Part shown: positions 1 through 13,499 of the stretch, piece after piece
How positions within the stretch are numbered: the stretch's first letter is position 1
How the letters are laid out: each line of letters begins with the position of its first letter
Assembly (NCBI RefSeq): GCF_009914755.1
Contig: NC_060926.1
Strand: one strand, 5' to 3'
DNA: 64,000 nucleotides
Origin: the human T2T-CHM13v2.0 reference genome, Homo sapiens
The notes under the pieces: model-generated
The model's input: the letters and a program-made list of their open reading frames with translations, nothing else
Databases searched by the model: none
What the model was told of the DNA's origin: nothing
Program-made: the position numbers and the translations under genes

Positions 1-1282
1 AAGCTATAAGACTTGACAGTTTCATATCTAATCTATTATCTACTAGCAAAGACATGAAAAAGTGTTGTATAATCAAAAAAAAGACTATATCTTAGGTTGG
101 AATGGATCAGAAAAATACCCTCTGGCCAAAATTTCCATTTGCAACAGAAAGTGAAAAGCCCTTTCTGCATTCTACACTCTTTGCAGTGCATTGTTAAATG
201 GTATAATGATAGAGGAATGGGTGGAAATGCATCTTAATGAGCATGTCCTCTGGCAGACAGTGAGTTGAACATGTGGCAACAAATTGATTTAAGAAGGCCC
301 TTTTGAAAAAATTAAATAAAAATAAGAAGGAAATCACTTTTAACTAAAGGGGAACTATAAAACAAGTCATTCAACCCTAAGGGTGCATTGTGTCTTTAGA
401 TGTCATCCAGTAAAATGTCTTAATTACCTGTTAGGAAAATTGAATTTATGACCTATTGGACAATCTGAAGTGGTTGGTATAGTACTTTAGTTAACCAGGT
501 AGAAGTAAGCTCTCTTATAATAAGATTAATTTTCACTATACTGTTTTGTTTGATGTGGCTGATTTCTCTGGGATTTGTGTGTGTGTGTTTCTATTCAATG
601 TAAAGAGATAAAACTCCTATTTTCTATAAGAGCTTATCTTATAGATACTCTTATATTTGCATGGGCATCACAATTTGTGGAACATTTTTATTTTACATAA
701 ATGTGCAGAGTATAATAAAAAAAATCACTTGCTTATGAAGGAGATAGTGCCAGTTCATAAATTGTGCCTGTTGTAATCCACTAGAGATTAAGTGACCTTA
801 AAGTGTTTTCTTTTTATTTTTTCATTTTTGAATGAAGTCCCCACATACAAACTACAGTGTAATTTCTATTATTTGAAACATCAGCTTGGTCGGTTCTATA
901 AAGGTTGATATAAAAATGCTTTGACAGTCTCTAAACCTAATTTACCATGTGGGGCTCTTTTGTTCTTCTGCAGACAGTAAAGAACAGAATAAATTAAAAA
1001 TCACTGGGAGTAAATTCACTAACTCTTTGAGGCTATGTGATCTCTGGCAGCAATGCTTAAAACATAGATTAATTTTGACATAAGATTGATACTGAGTGTC
1101 AGAGAGTGAGGGTGGGGAAGCATAGTTTGCCTCTGGTGACTCTTTCAGGAGTTGCTTTCCCGTGTGTTACTAAGACATCTTAGACACTGTCCACAATGGG
1201 GCTTATCATATACTATTGTCGTTATTTGCCTGCCTTGAATCATTGAAGGCAGGAATTCTTTCTTTGTATTTTTAGGTCTACA

Positions 1283-1840
1283 GCAGTATTTTTCAATCTT
1301 GGGATCATTGACTCTTTGAACCAGATAATTCTTTGTGGTGGAAAACTGTTTCATGCATTATAGTATGTTTAACAGCATATCTGGTCTCTACCCAATAGAA
1401 GTCAGAAAAACCTCCTCCCCCATTCATGTCATATTAGTCTGTTTTCATGCTGCTAATAAAGACATACCCAAGACTGGGTAATTTATAAAGAAATAGAGGT
1501 TTAATGGACTTACAGTTCCACGTGGCTGAGGAGGCCTCATAATCATGATGGAAGGGGAAAGGTGCGTCTTACATGGTGCCAGACAAGAGAGAATGAAAAC
1601 CAAGCAAAAAGGGAACCCCTTGTAAAACTATCAGATCTCGTGAGACTTATGACTTACCATGAGAACAGTATGGGGGAAACCACTTCCATAATTCAATTAT
1701 ATTCCACTGGGTCCCTCCCACAACATGTGGGAATTATCCGGGGCTACAATTCAAGATGAGATTTAGGTGGAGACACAGCCAAACCATATCACATGTCAAT
1801 CAAAAATGTCTCCACACATTGCCAATGTTCCCAGAGGGAA
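1283..1840 (-). mobile_element. MER20 (hAT-Charlie MITE) split by a THE1 LTR
   Basis: ccagataattctttgtggtgg...tatgtttaacagcatatctggtctctaccca before the LTR and caatcaaaaatgtctccacacattgccaatgt after it follow the MER20 consensus in reverse. Confidence 0.8.
1430..1791 (-). mobile_element. THE1 (probably THE1C) solo LTR, ERVL-MaLR
   Basis: tattagtctgttttcatgctgctaataaagacataccc...gacacagccaaaccatatca; 362 bp; 5-bp target-site duplication CATGT at 1425-1429 and 1792-1796. Confidence 0.93.
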
Positions 1841-2644
1841 GAGCTCTATGTCTGGCACACAATTGACATTTCATAAACATTTCCTTAAGATATACATGCA
1901 GCTATTGCTGCAGCATAAAACAGTAACACCTTTATCAGAAAATCCATAAGGCTGTTCTTACCTAATTCTGAATTAAATTCGGGTAATTTTTCCTTCTTCT
2001 TCCACCCTCACCCCCTCCCATCCTTCCCAGACCTAAGCTTGAGGTCTTGTAACTATGCAGTTCTAGCCTAGCACTGACAAAATGTCATCTCACTGTGTAG
2101 ACATCTTCAATTGATTTTGATTTGAGGACATGTGTTTTCCATTACGATCAGATACAGAATCATGTGCAGAAACCCTCACAGTCAGCAACAGTGGAAGAAA
2201 CTAGATATTGGCACAGTGAAGATAAGGCTGCTACTTCAGTTATGTGTGTATTTCCAAAATAGTAACACTATATTAATCTTCATATCTAAGCAGTCTGTAT
2301 AAATGTAAAAGAATCTCATCTTCACCTCTCACCTAGATGACTTGGAACAATTCTGTTAAGTTCCATGACCTGCTATTTTCTTACTAATAAAATAACAGTA
2401 ATGTCTACCTCCCCTGACACGGTTATGGGTCTCTGCTATGTTCTACCATTTTTTTCTATATTGGAAGACTTATCACACTTGGTTGTAGTTATCGTTTCCA
2501 TTTTCCTGCCTCTCAGGCTGGCCTGTAAGGTGTGTAAGGGGCAGGCTCATATTGTTTGTTACCACAGTCTCTGCTGTAGTGCCAACATATGTTATTTCTC
2601 AAAGAAATGCAAGTGTTTTCTAGTGTACACTATACAAATGTGAT

Positions 2645-2930
2645 CATCATCTATTTGTTCTATAAATATTACTGAATGCCTACTTTTCAAAGCCCAGCTG
2701 AGGAGCTCTCTAGACCCGGGAATACAGTGGGTAATAGATGAGACAAAGTTCCTGCCCTCATGTAGCTTGCATTCTACTGGGCCAGGCATTCAATAAGAAT
2801 TAAAATATCAATCAATCTCTCTCACTATCTAATTTCAGGTAGTGGTAAGTGACTAAGTGCTATGAAAAAATATATAGCACAATGGGATGAGAGTGATGAA
2901 GAGTGGCAGGGAGAGGCCTCTCAGGAGGTA
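2645..2930 (-). mobile_element. L2 3' fragment
   Basis: aaatattactgaatgcctac...agacaaagttcctgccctcatgtagcttgcattcta resembles the reverse complement of the L2 3' end. Confidence 0.65.
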
Positions 2931-3344
2931 ATTAACATAATTTTTATCATTATCATGATTAACATTTATCATCAAGGTTGATGTTATTAGCCTTTCATTA
3001 GTAGAACTTGTTCTTTGATTTATCTTCCTAATAGTGATTCTGAACTATTTACATTCTCTGACCTACTTCCCCTTCACACCAACAGGAGTAAGTATATGCC
3101 TTGCCAGAGCTGAAGATAGATCATTTTGCTTTGAAATAGAGATTTTGACAATGCAATGGATCAAACCTGTGGGCTTAATCCAGCTACTCTGCACTTGAGG
3201 CCATCTGTAAGGAAGTTTTACCCCTAAAGCTTTATATTCCATTTGTTTCCTAAACATCCCCCTCTTTCCTTTTTATCTTTTTCAGTTAGTATAAAGAAAG
3301 CCAATTTAGTGAGCTATTTCAAATCCTGTTTTAAGCTCTTCTTA

Positions 3345-3562
3345 CAGGAGGGTTTCTGAAACTTAGCTGTTTTGACATTTTGGCCTTGATAATTCTAAGT
3401 TGTACGGACTGTTCTGTGCATGGTAAGATGTTTAGTGGCATCTCTGACCTGCACCTACTAGATGCCAGTAGCAGCTCATCTGCAGTTGTAACAAGAAAAA
3501 ATGTCCCCCGACATTGCCAAATGTCTCTTGGGGACAAAATAGGCCCTGGCTGAAAAGCACTG
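3345..3562 (-). mobile_element. MER20
   Basis: tgtgcatggtaagatgtttagtggcatc...ctactagatgccagtagc...gacattgccaaatgtc...gaaaagcactg. Confidence 0.85.
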
Positions 3563-5127
3563 TCTCACAGGAAGCTTCTCCATCTTTCCAACTCTGGTGC
3601 ACTGTGTCTCCAGCAGCTGCTTCTGCTGGACTCACTGGTGTTTGCTTGTGCAGCACCACAAGCTCCTTTTCCCTGTCCAATTATCTGAATCTCATCCATC
3701 CTTCAAGACCCAGCTAGAGCCACATCTACCGCATACAGTCTCCTCTAAGCACTAGAGTCTGTTCCATCTCTTCTATTTCTGAATTCCTATTGCATTTCTT
3801 TTGTTTGATCACTACCATCTTCATCTATTAGCTGAATCCATCATTGTTTGTTAAAAGGATTGCATTTTATTATCTCTACTAGATTATAAATTCTTGGAAA
3901 GGAGAAACCTTGCTTTAGTCACCTCTGCATCTTCATAGACCACATAAAAAATACGTGGAATAAGGACACTCATTAAGTAATGGGTTGAATTTAGCATCAG
4001 CAATCCTATTCACAAAAATTCCACTAAAAACCCCATCCTCAATCAGGCGAAGTGATAAATAACACAAACAGTATAATCTTCACAACAATCAATCATTTTG
4101 GAAAATTATATTTTTATAAACATCTTCTATAATTCAATTGTAACTAATACTATGGAGGTTCAGTACTGATGGAACTGAGTATGAGTGGAGCTGAGTTTTT
4201 AGAACTAATTTTTCCAAAAGAAATTATCAGTCTAGGGTGATCCAGAGTTTGGGGAGTCTGACCACTTTAAAAATATGGTCTTCTATTTCATCAACAATAC
4301 TCCACCTAATTGCTAGCTCCTTATGCAAAAGATGGTTACATAACCACTTGAAACCCTGAGCTTGATCTGTTTTGGTAACAAGCTCTTTTGAGGACAATGT
4401 ATGGAAAGATGCATCTAATCACGTAAATCCAAAATGTTTCATTGCAGAAGTGAATGGTTTGGTTTAACTCTCGAAGGGAAGTTTAAAAGCTTCATGGAGA
4501 AGAGTACACATTCAATTCTTTTTTTTGTCCAAATGCAGCTTATTCAGAATGTGTCTAGTTGTTCAGCAAGTTCAGTGCTCATGTGGCATTCAGGCAATTA
4601 TTGAATGTTGGAGAACCAAACTCGAGGTCCTTTTAATGACATTTGAGAAGTGTAGGACAACCACAGTTTTCACATCACATGTGGGCAGCTCTGGTTTCCC
4701 AGTGTGTTCACTCCACTTCGCATGGAGAGTCATCCTTCTACTTTTATTTGTGCTTTTAACAGAGTGCTTAAGAATTTTTGAAACATGAACTTATACTTTG
4801 TCAAAAATAAACTTTCTAAATTAGTAAAGCTAATTTTATTTTTTCCAAATATGTCTCTGGACAACTGGACAGAAACTACCTGGAGTATAGACTTAACCTG
4901 AGAAATGCCCATGTGGTGAGAAATTCATGCAGCAAACTCCACACCTACTGAAATAGTTTCATCTTAGCCGGTCAAGATAACTCAATGAAATGAATGTTTA
5001 TTTACTTTTTTTTCAGGTGAACAAGACTATGATTTTATTTGAAAAATACATAAATCAATTACTTTTAATTCTGTGAAATGTATAAATAACTTTTAGAACA
5101 AACACATGCTTTAAAGTTTAAATGCAG

Positions 5128-5535
5128 ACTTCCACTTCTGGCCAAGATTGAGTAACAGGGACTGGCTTACTCTCTTAGCTGAAACAATCAAATAAATTGA
5201 CAAAATATATGAAACAATAGGTTTGAAAGACACTGGATATCAGGCAAAGAAAGATGGTGATCCCTGAGAGATGTAATGAGGTGAGTGCTACAGCTGCCTC
5301 AGTTTGGAGAGTTTCCAAGTCACAGCACAAAGAAAGGGGAACCCAGGTAGACCCAGGCAAACTTCATGAGTTGAGAATAAAGAGCTGAGACTCTGGGGAG
5401 ATCAAGGCTGCTAGAGTTCTTAGGATAGGGTACAAGAAAGGAGAGAACTGCACAGAGAGAGGAAGTTCCAGAGGTGGGCAGAGGGTTCCCAGCTGAGTGA
5501 AACAAATATTTATTAAATTCTTTGTGAGGGTCCAA
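5128..5535 (+). mobile_element. Ancient L1M 5'-end fragment
   Basis: gacttccacttctggccaagat...gacaaaatatatgaaacaatag...aagacactggatatcaggc is typical of old L1M 5' UTRs. Confidence 0.6.
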
Positions 5536-5614
5536 AGGCTATAACATGTTGAGCATTTTCTGTACTAGCTATTCTACATATAGCAAATGAATCCTGAACA
5601 CCACCTTTAGTGAG

Positions 5615-6120
5615 GTTTTGCTGCACAGAATTCCCTTTTGGGGTGCCTACCAACCCCCTGATCCTTCTTTAAAACCCATCCTCCACCCCCTACACTCTGC
5701 CCTGCTTCAAGGAGGGTTCTCAGAGCCAGGCTGGTGTGTGTGACCTGCCTCCTCTGGGGCAGAACTGGGCCTACCAGGTGACTTCCTAGGAATTAGAAAT
5801 TAAGATTTTTAGAAAGGAGTCAGTCCCTTCGAGTAAGTGCTGAAATATAAGCCTGGGGTTTACGGGGAGCCACAGCAGTCTGTTACATTCATGTTGGTGA
5901 AACAGAGGATGTGTTGGCAGATATAAAACAGGTGGAGAGATGCAGCCAGTGGGAGAACAGTTGCTTCCCACAGCTTTCTAGTTTCTGCTTCCATTCCCTT
6001 GGGAGAGCTGACTGCACGCCCTGCCATCAGGTGGTGTGTCATCATGCCCATCCTTAATGTCATCCTCTTTTGCTTGTGCTCATTGACTGGGTTTCTGCCA
6101 TCAATACAGCCTTGACAAAC
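5615..6120 (+). mobile_element. Old ERVL-type LTR (LTR16-like)
   Basis: GC-richer ~500-bp block with LTR16-like phrases and a 3' end gggtttctgccatcaatacagccttgacaaac; family tentative. Confidence 0.4.
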
Positions 6121-6649
6121 CAATTTCCTGTTTTCCTAGTGAGAAAAGTGAAGTTCAAAGATGCCAGCAACTCCTTCAGGATGGTGAAGTTAGGACGTGG
6201 TCGAGGAAGGCTTCAGGCCCCTGGCTCAGCATTCACACGTCTCTGCAACTACTCACATGGTTGTGGTTTTCATCAGCCCAGTGTAATGGGGCCAAAAATA
6301 ATTTTGCATAATAAATGTATTGTGAATGGTCTAGTGCTCGGGCACCTGCATGATGGTGGTCATTTCCTAGGTGCTGCGGAGAGTGGTCAGAGTGAGGCTC
6401 ATCACTTAAGACACACTTTTTTCACCTGTAGGCCAAGATCAACTGTCCTTTGCTGCTTTTGCACAACAACTCAGAGCCATGTCTGTTTTCTTAAAGGCAT
6501 TCCTGTGTCTTGATGTTTTCAACATTGTCAGCCTGGGATTTCTTTCATTTGGTCTATTAAAGTTCAAATACATGTCTTAGTCAGGAGCCCCAATTCAGGC
6601 TGCCCAGTGTTGGCCTGTTGGGGTTGGTCTGTTCTTTATGGCCACGGCA

Positions 6650-7160
6650 ACCAGCTTCCATGACTCCAACATGAGCTGCTCTCTCAGTTTATCTGGGTTA
6701 TTCAGATTTTCCCTCCACAGTCAGACCTCCGTTTTCCTCACACCGCATCTCAGTCACTTCCCCTCTTGCTTTCTGTGCTCTTGTCCAACTAGACATCTTC
6801 AATTTCCTTCACTGCATCAGCCAGCTGTCTCTTCTAGTCTCCGGAGCTCTGAGCACACTGCTCACCCAGCCTGGAACCCCTCCCCTGTGTCCTTCCCTAC
6901 CTGCCTCTGTCTCAGTGTCATACCTCTGGTCTCAGCTTTCTCCTCACTCCCTCTAAGAGGTCTTCTCTGGCCCCTCAGCTTGGTTCTGTTTCCTTAAATT
7001 CATTTTTGTCTCATATCCCCTGCATCGTGATACTTATCACCACTTACTCATATTGCTTTTCAAATGTCTGTTTTCTTTATTAAACTATAGACTCCCAGGG
7101 GGCAACGGCTGTATGTCTTGCTCACTGTTGTGTATTCAGAGCCTAGCACAAATGCTAGTG
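6650..7160 (+). mobile_element. L2 3' region
   Basis: Pyrimidine-rich body ending aactatagactcccagggggc...gtcttgctcactgttgtgtattcagagcctagcaca. Confidence 0.6.
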
Positions 7161-8009
7161 CAAATAGTAATAATGATAACTAGAGGACACGTGTCTCATT
7201 CTAAATGCCAGTTATCCAAGAAATATGGCCTTCATTTATTTCTGTGTGTCAACATTATTTTTGACTCTGAATTACTCTGATGGACTGCTGGGAAATTCAG
7301 TATTCTTAGACTTGAGGGCTCCCCTCTCACTTCAGTCATGCCACAATCCTGGGGCCTTTTCAGTAATCTCTCACGTGTCCTCAGGGGTTATTGCTGAGGG
7401 GGCATATTGCACTAGTACCCCCATTGTCCCAGCAGCTTTCTGCTGCTCCAGAGTCATGCATGGAATTGAGCATCGTGGGTGTGGCTAGGTACTTTCAGGC
7501 TTCTGGGCTGATTTCCCTGGACACATCATATTTCATATGAAATTCCATTTGAATTTCATTCTCCCTTGACATACATATTGCATTCCGTAAAGGTAATTGC
7601 TGCCTTCCTGGTGCAGCTGGTGTTAAAAGAGCAGAGTCCTCACTATTTTGGAACCAAAACACTCTCCTGCACCGTTACCCTTTACTTTAAAAAGTCTCTT
7701 TCTAATCTTGGGAAACTCCTCCTTATCGCCTGCTTTTCTGGCTACTTATCTGTTTTGTAAACATCAGCCACTCTATTTCTCTCTCAGAAGTGGACTTTGA
7801 TGTCTTATAAATTGCAGAACCTGAACCGGTGGCACACAGAGCTCAGTTCCCCTTTCCTCGAGAGGAGGGAGGGCTTAATGAGCAAAACCTTCTAGGAGAT
7901 GAAGAGAAATGGAAATACTTGTGCTCTTCTCTTCTAGGACAGCAGTGAATGGTAAAACAGAATAATTCAATTTGCATAATAAAAGAGTCTGCATGTTCAT
8001 CTTTTGCTA

Positions 8010-8210
8010 CACTAACATTTGTTCAGTGCTTACTGTATGTCAGCCACTGTGCTAAATGCTTTACAGGGGGAAATTGCATTTCATCCTCACAAGAACCTTG
8101 TAAGGTAGGTAAAGTGTTCCTCATCTATGAGGAAATTGAGGCTTGGGGGGTGAGGTGGCATTGTAAAGTCACATATGAGGATTCTAGCCTGGCCAGCCTG
8201 ATGTCAGAGT
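8010..8210 (-). mobile_element. MIR SINE
   Basis: ctaacatttgttcagtgcttactgtatgtcagccactgtgctaaatgctttaca...atgaggaaattgaggct core. Confidence 0.75.
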
Positions 8211-8846
8211 CTGCAATCTCACCTCCTTTGCTGTTTCTCTCCCAAAAACTGATGGAAGTTTTTGGATGAATAATTAGATAAAAGAAACTCTTGAGAGCTT
8301 TGCTAACCTGATGTATGATAAGAGTGAATTTGGGGAGATATTTTTGACAAAGTCGTCTGTCACCATTTCTCTCAAACTCCATCTTTTAGAGGACTGTAAC
8401 TTTGAATGGTGGTGTATATATTCTTACTTCCTTAGTAAGTTGGACAAACGCTGCCATCTTACTGTGAAACCTACTTGCCACCGCACATGTCTTTCTGGGA
8501 AAACTGCTCTGCAGAGCCCCTAGCAGAGAAAGAGGCACACTGTAATTATTTTCTCATTATGTGTTATTTAATTCTCATGGGTATTATCATAGTTTATTTC
8601 CTTAACACTACTTTCCATATTTGGGCCAGGGTATATTCTCAGAGAATATTAAATGGTATGTGAAGAATGTCTAGACATGTTAATGCACCTTAATGTAGTA
8701 CTGTAGCATGAATTAGACCACAATTCTTTAGAGGAACTTCTTAAGTAGGAAACCACTGGTGTTTCATATCAACCTCTGTATTAAACATTTAATGTAAATA
8801 CTTTTGCAAGTGCTTCTAACTATCAAGATTGGCGTGAAAGATAGTG

Positions 8847-9157
8847 CAAGTTTACAATTCTTTACCCCAAATCCTTGGGGTCAGATGCTTTTCAAAATAC
8901 AGATACTTTACAGTTTTCCAAATATAATACAGCACATATATGCTTTATGTTACATAGCACTCCCATTATGTTGTAAATAGGAATTTACCCTGAAGAATAA
9001 ACAATATAATATTCAGTACAAGTGTAAGTTTCCATGAGATTTGGGTACCAAATGAGCAGATCAGGTTTTGCCCTCAAATGAGTTGCAAACTATTTTTTTA
9101 TTTTTATTTTTAGAGCTTCTTGCATTTTAGCACTGTGGATGAGGGATTGTGGACCTA
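8847..9157. mobile_element. Tigger-family MITE (MER46C-like)
   Basis: Decayed terminal inverted repeats caagtttacaattcttta / tgagggattgtggaccta, with ccttggggtcagatg inside; subfamily tentative. Confidence 0.55.
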
Positions 9158-11794
9158 TAGTATGTATCCGCTATTCTTAACAAAAAAGAAAACAGCAAAC
9201 ATGGAATAGGTAGCTGAGGCGAAACTGAAGTTGAACGAAGGGGCTTCCATGTTTTTTTTTTTTCTCTGTCTCTCTCTTTATAAGAGAAAGTTAATTTTGG
9301 TGGTTAGGGGATATAACCAATTTGGGGAAGAGATTGGAAAAGAGACATGTACCATTTGTGAGAACAGGAGAGAAAGGACTGCCAGTATTAGCCAGGACAA
9401 GCAGAGGAGAAGATGGCTCAAGTGAGGTTGAAAGAGGGCGGAGCTTGGGAGTCTGGGTCTGATGACCTGGTTTATAAGGTATCATAGAAGCCAATATCAT
9501 CTGCTGTGTGTCACAGGGATGATATTTGGGTTGGAAATGGCAAATACAGATGTAGAAACAGACTGTCAAGCCAAACTGAGAATGTTACTGAAGCACAGAT
9601 TCCTGACTCACGCTTTCCAGTGTCAGGACATCCCTTATGGTCTGTCACTCATACAGGCTTCATTAGTCCCTCAGGAATCTCCCATCAGTGCCATATGATG
9701 CCTTATTCTGTAAGATGCTTTGTGGCTTTTTCAATTCTAATTTAAAGAGTTGCACATAATCATTTGTAACTTTTAAAGATCACATCAAAAAAAAATAATA
9801 TCCAGTCTGTTGTTCTTTAAATTCTGAGCAACTGGATTCAAAATTAATGCTGTGTTTCAGCTTGCACTGTTGTAATATTGCCAAAACTTCTGTTACATAA
9901 AATGTGGTAAGAGCATCTGTGAGGCCGAGGGAAAGACACCTTTGTCTTCCCTTTTTTTTTTTTTTAAAGCTTCTTTGGAGTTGATCCTTCTCTTTTATGA
10001 GTGAAAAACTCTGATCATTTTTTAGCATCTTTAGATGTATATTGCTATTGCTGTGTGTTGAAAATGTAAGTCTTCAATGCTCTCTTTTTAAAGTCAACAA
10101 TCCTTAAATATAAGAAAAATATCAGGCAAATGCATTTTATTTTATTTTAGAATAAAATATTGTTAAATCCAAAAATGACTTCTAGATAAAATTTTAAACT
10201 TCAGAAAATATTCTCATTTAAAAAATTGCAAAATAAGACAACAAAGTATATTTATTTATTATTGTGTTTTCCCATAGGCATAAGGACATTTTTAAGGTTT
10301 CCCAAGAATGATTTATTTGTTGTTAATAAAATAACAAAGATGTTAGCAGGTGCAACCAAAGAAAACTAGTAGGAATACAGAAGTACTAAGAATAAACTGA
10401 GATAATCTCTGGAAAGGTACATATCTATACCCTAAAAACTGGAAAATTTTGGAAAAACACAAGGATTCACCAGCACATGTTTCATTCACTCTTACAGTGA
10501 TGCTTTCAACAAATAAAATACAGCTTCTGGAAAATTCCATTGTATACTTATAAATACAGAGTATAAACTTGCAGGGCATTCAATTTGTACAGTACAAGAC
10601 ATCTGAGGAAGAAAAAGCAAATAAAATAGTATTTATTATTGTAGTAAGCTCAAACATGTATTATTTTGGTAAGTGAGATGGCATAGTATTGACCATTATT
10701 AGCCAAGTAATCTAATCATTAATATTTAAAAAGTAACAAAAGTATGATGTTATTGTTGTCTGTCAAGTGTTATCCCATTACCAATGTTTTCTTTGATTCA
10801 ATTATTTTTTTGTTTGGGAATTATTGGCAGTTTCCTCTTGTTTTTAAAACTCTACCCAGACTCTTTCCTCTGCAAATTTACTGTTTTGTTTGTTTGTTTT
10901 TACTGTTTCAAATATCTTGGCATTGTCATAATCTCAGTTGGCTAAAGATTTTAGTCTCAGCCTCCAGTCCTCTCTTTACTTCTTTCTTGTCCCTGCCCCC
11001 ATCCCAGTAAGTTACTACATATTTTAATCATTTCTAAGGAATGGTTCTCAAATATATTTGCATCACAATTGCCATGTCCTCACCCCTTCCACTGCATCCT
11101 CTGGGCACCTTCATGTGACATCTCCACGAGGGACACCCCACTCGCCTCCATTCCAATCCATGCCTCATCCTTCATGCTTCTTAACACCGTGCTAAGGAGT
11201 TACTGTATTTTTCTGTAATTGTTGGTTTATTTGAGTCTCTCTGCCATTCTACTGAAAACCCGTATTTATGTTTCCAGTTTCAACACAATGCTTGGTACTC
11301 AGTATTTATGTGAATAAATAAAAGAACTGACCACATGGAGTGATCATCTGCTTAAAAATCCTTTTGTGGCTGTCAGTTACCACGGAATAACTTCCAACTC
11401 CTGTGTGTAACCGAGCAAACCCTTATAACCTGTCTTTGACTGTGTTTCTAGCATGCTGCTGAACTATTTTGAACACTCTGTGGACTTTTATAATTATTTG
11501 CCTTTGTCTGTCTAGAATATGTCATCTCACATTTCCATATCGCCAGCCTATCCTTTGCCAGGCTCTTTCCACCTGATACCTTTCAAACATCTTGCAAACC
11601 CACTGTAAATGTAACATCTTTGTGAAGACTTATAATTCTTTGTATCTATTTTTACCTAATGCACTTATATAATTATATTGTGAGCACCTATAATTTATTA
11701 TTTATTATAGTCTCCTTAGAGACTAGCTCAGTGCCTGGCACCTATTAGATTCTCTATAAATGTGATTTGATTAAATGACTGTGCACTCAGTTAA

Positions 11795-12045
11795 TACTGT
11801 AGTGCAGGGATAAAAGCACAGGTTTTAGAGATAGAAATAAATATTTAATTTGACTACTGGCTCTGATAGTTACCCGTGGTGTAATTTTAGTCCAGCTACT
11901 CAGTAGCTCTGATCCTCTGTTTACTTGTCTGTAAATAGTGATAATAATTCCTATTCAAGGTTTGTGAGGATTAAGTTAGGGATCATGAAAACGCCAGGCA
12001 CAGACCTCGAAACATATCCTTGCCCAGTCACTTGCAGCTGTTATT
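11795..12045 (+). mobile_element. MIR SINE
   Basis: ctctgtttacttgtctgtaaatagtgataataat...tgtgaggattaag core. Confidence 0.7.
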
Positions 12046-13261
12046 ATAACTAGCTATGGAAGTCCCACAGAAGGCAAGGTCATTAACAGCTGGGTTGGAT
12101 TTCCAGGCAGTGTGGTTCTAACTACACGTTAAAGGGCTTATCAAGACCCTACTAAAAGTAGATGAAACAAGTGTCATTCCAGGCAGCAGGAATAGCTTGA
12201 GCAAAAGCAGAGGGGGTGATCCAAACTGTGTTCTGAGGGAAGCAAGTGGACCTATGTGAATGGAGCACGGTGGCACATAAAGCCTGGAGGCAGAAAGGCC
12301 CAGATGGTCAAGGGCCCTGAATGCTAGACTGAGAGACTATTGACTTCTTTCCAGACCTGCTAAATGCCTGCAATCGCTTTAGAAAATTGATTGTGCTTAT
12401 TTTCTCCTAGCCTGATCTGATTGCGGTTCATTTAAAAGGAACATACCTCGTGCAAGCCCCACCAGTGGGAACACGCATGTACATAGCACAGCAAGTTCGT
12501 CTGTGCCAGGACCCCCCGTTATTTCATTCAGAAGCTAATCATAGCAGTTATGGCAGAGAGGAGAAACCCCTGTACCCTGCACATCCCTCCCCAGAGCTCC
12601 ACTGACAGAAAGCATCCCCATTAGCCTCCAGGCAGCTGGATTATGAGGGAGCCGCAAGCACTCCTTCGCTTTGCCCCGGGATTGTCTGCTTGTTTTGCAG
12701 TTTCATTTGTCAACTTGTCAAAGAGAAAGACCTTTTGAGCAGGGCATCGACTTTTTTGTATTGTGAATGGGGGCCACCACTGCTCATTATCATACTAAAT
12801 TCCATTTTTCACCTGGACATAAAGGTTGATGGGAAAAGCTGCAATCTACAATAGTTCACACTCATTTTATTTTAAAAGATGGGAGTTTAAGGAGGAAGTG
12901 TATGTCTTATCCAGGAGACAGCATCATGTTAATTGGCTGAGGAGCTATCTAGCGAACAATGCTTCTCTGTAAGCAGTTTGTCACAACTGGTTAGTTCTTA
13001 CTACCATGGAGGGTTCATTACCACTTGTGGAACTGCAGAGTTTTTCGAGTAGAAATGTGTATTTCTATGTAGGAAGTGTGCTTTCTGGGAGTAGTTTTGT
13101 GTGAAAAATTTCCTGTCTAATGGCTCAAATTTGGCTACATTTTTAGCCATTCTGGCCCCAAATGAGGGTCTAGAGCCACTCTGTCCACACATTGTTTTAG
13201 CCACTAGCTACATATGGCTACTGAGCATTTGAAATGTTACGAGTATGAGAAAGGATTGGAT

Positions 13262-13390
13262 GTTTCTTTATTTTTATCTTTTTATTTGTATAAATGTAAG
13301 GAGTATAAGTGCAGTTTTGTTACATGGATATATTGCATAGTTTTGATGTCTGGGCTTTTCATGTAACCATTACCTGAACAGTGTGCATTA
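13262..13390 (-). mobile_element. Short L1 (L1PB-like) 3' end
   Basis: T-rich tail then aagtgcagttttgttacatggatatattgcatag. Confidence 0.7.
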
Positions 13391-13499
13391 AGTTTTTAAT
13401 TTTATTTAAGTTTATTTAATTTACACTTAAAAACTGATATTTGATTCAGTTACTGAAAAACTTCCAATTATTGGAGAAAGTTGGTTATATGAATCTACT

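Noticed and set aside
623-645. 9-bp inverted repeat tctataaga/tcttataga
   Set aside because: Short and AT-rich; expected by chance in 64 kb.
6070-6997. 147-aa and 119-aa ORFs
   Set aside because: They overlap LTR/L2/MIR-like sequence, show no domain, and one lacks an ATG start; lengths are within chance.
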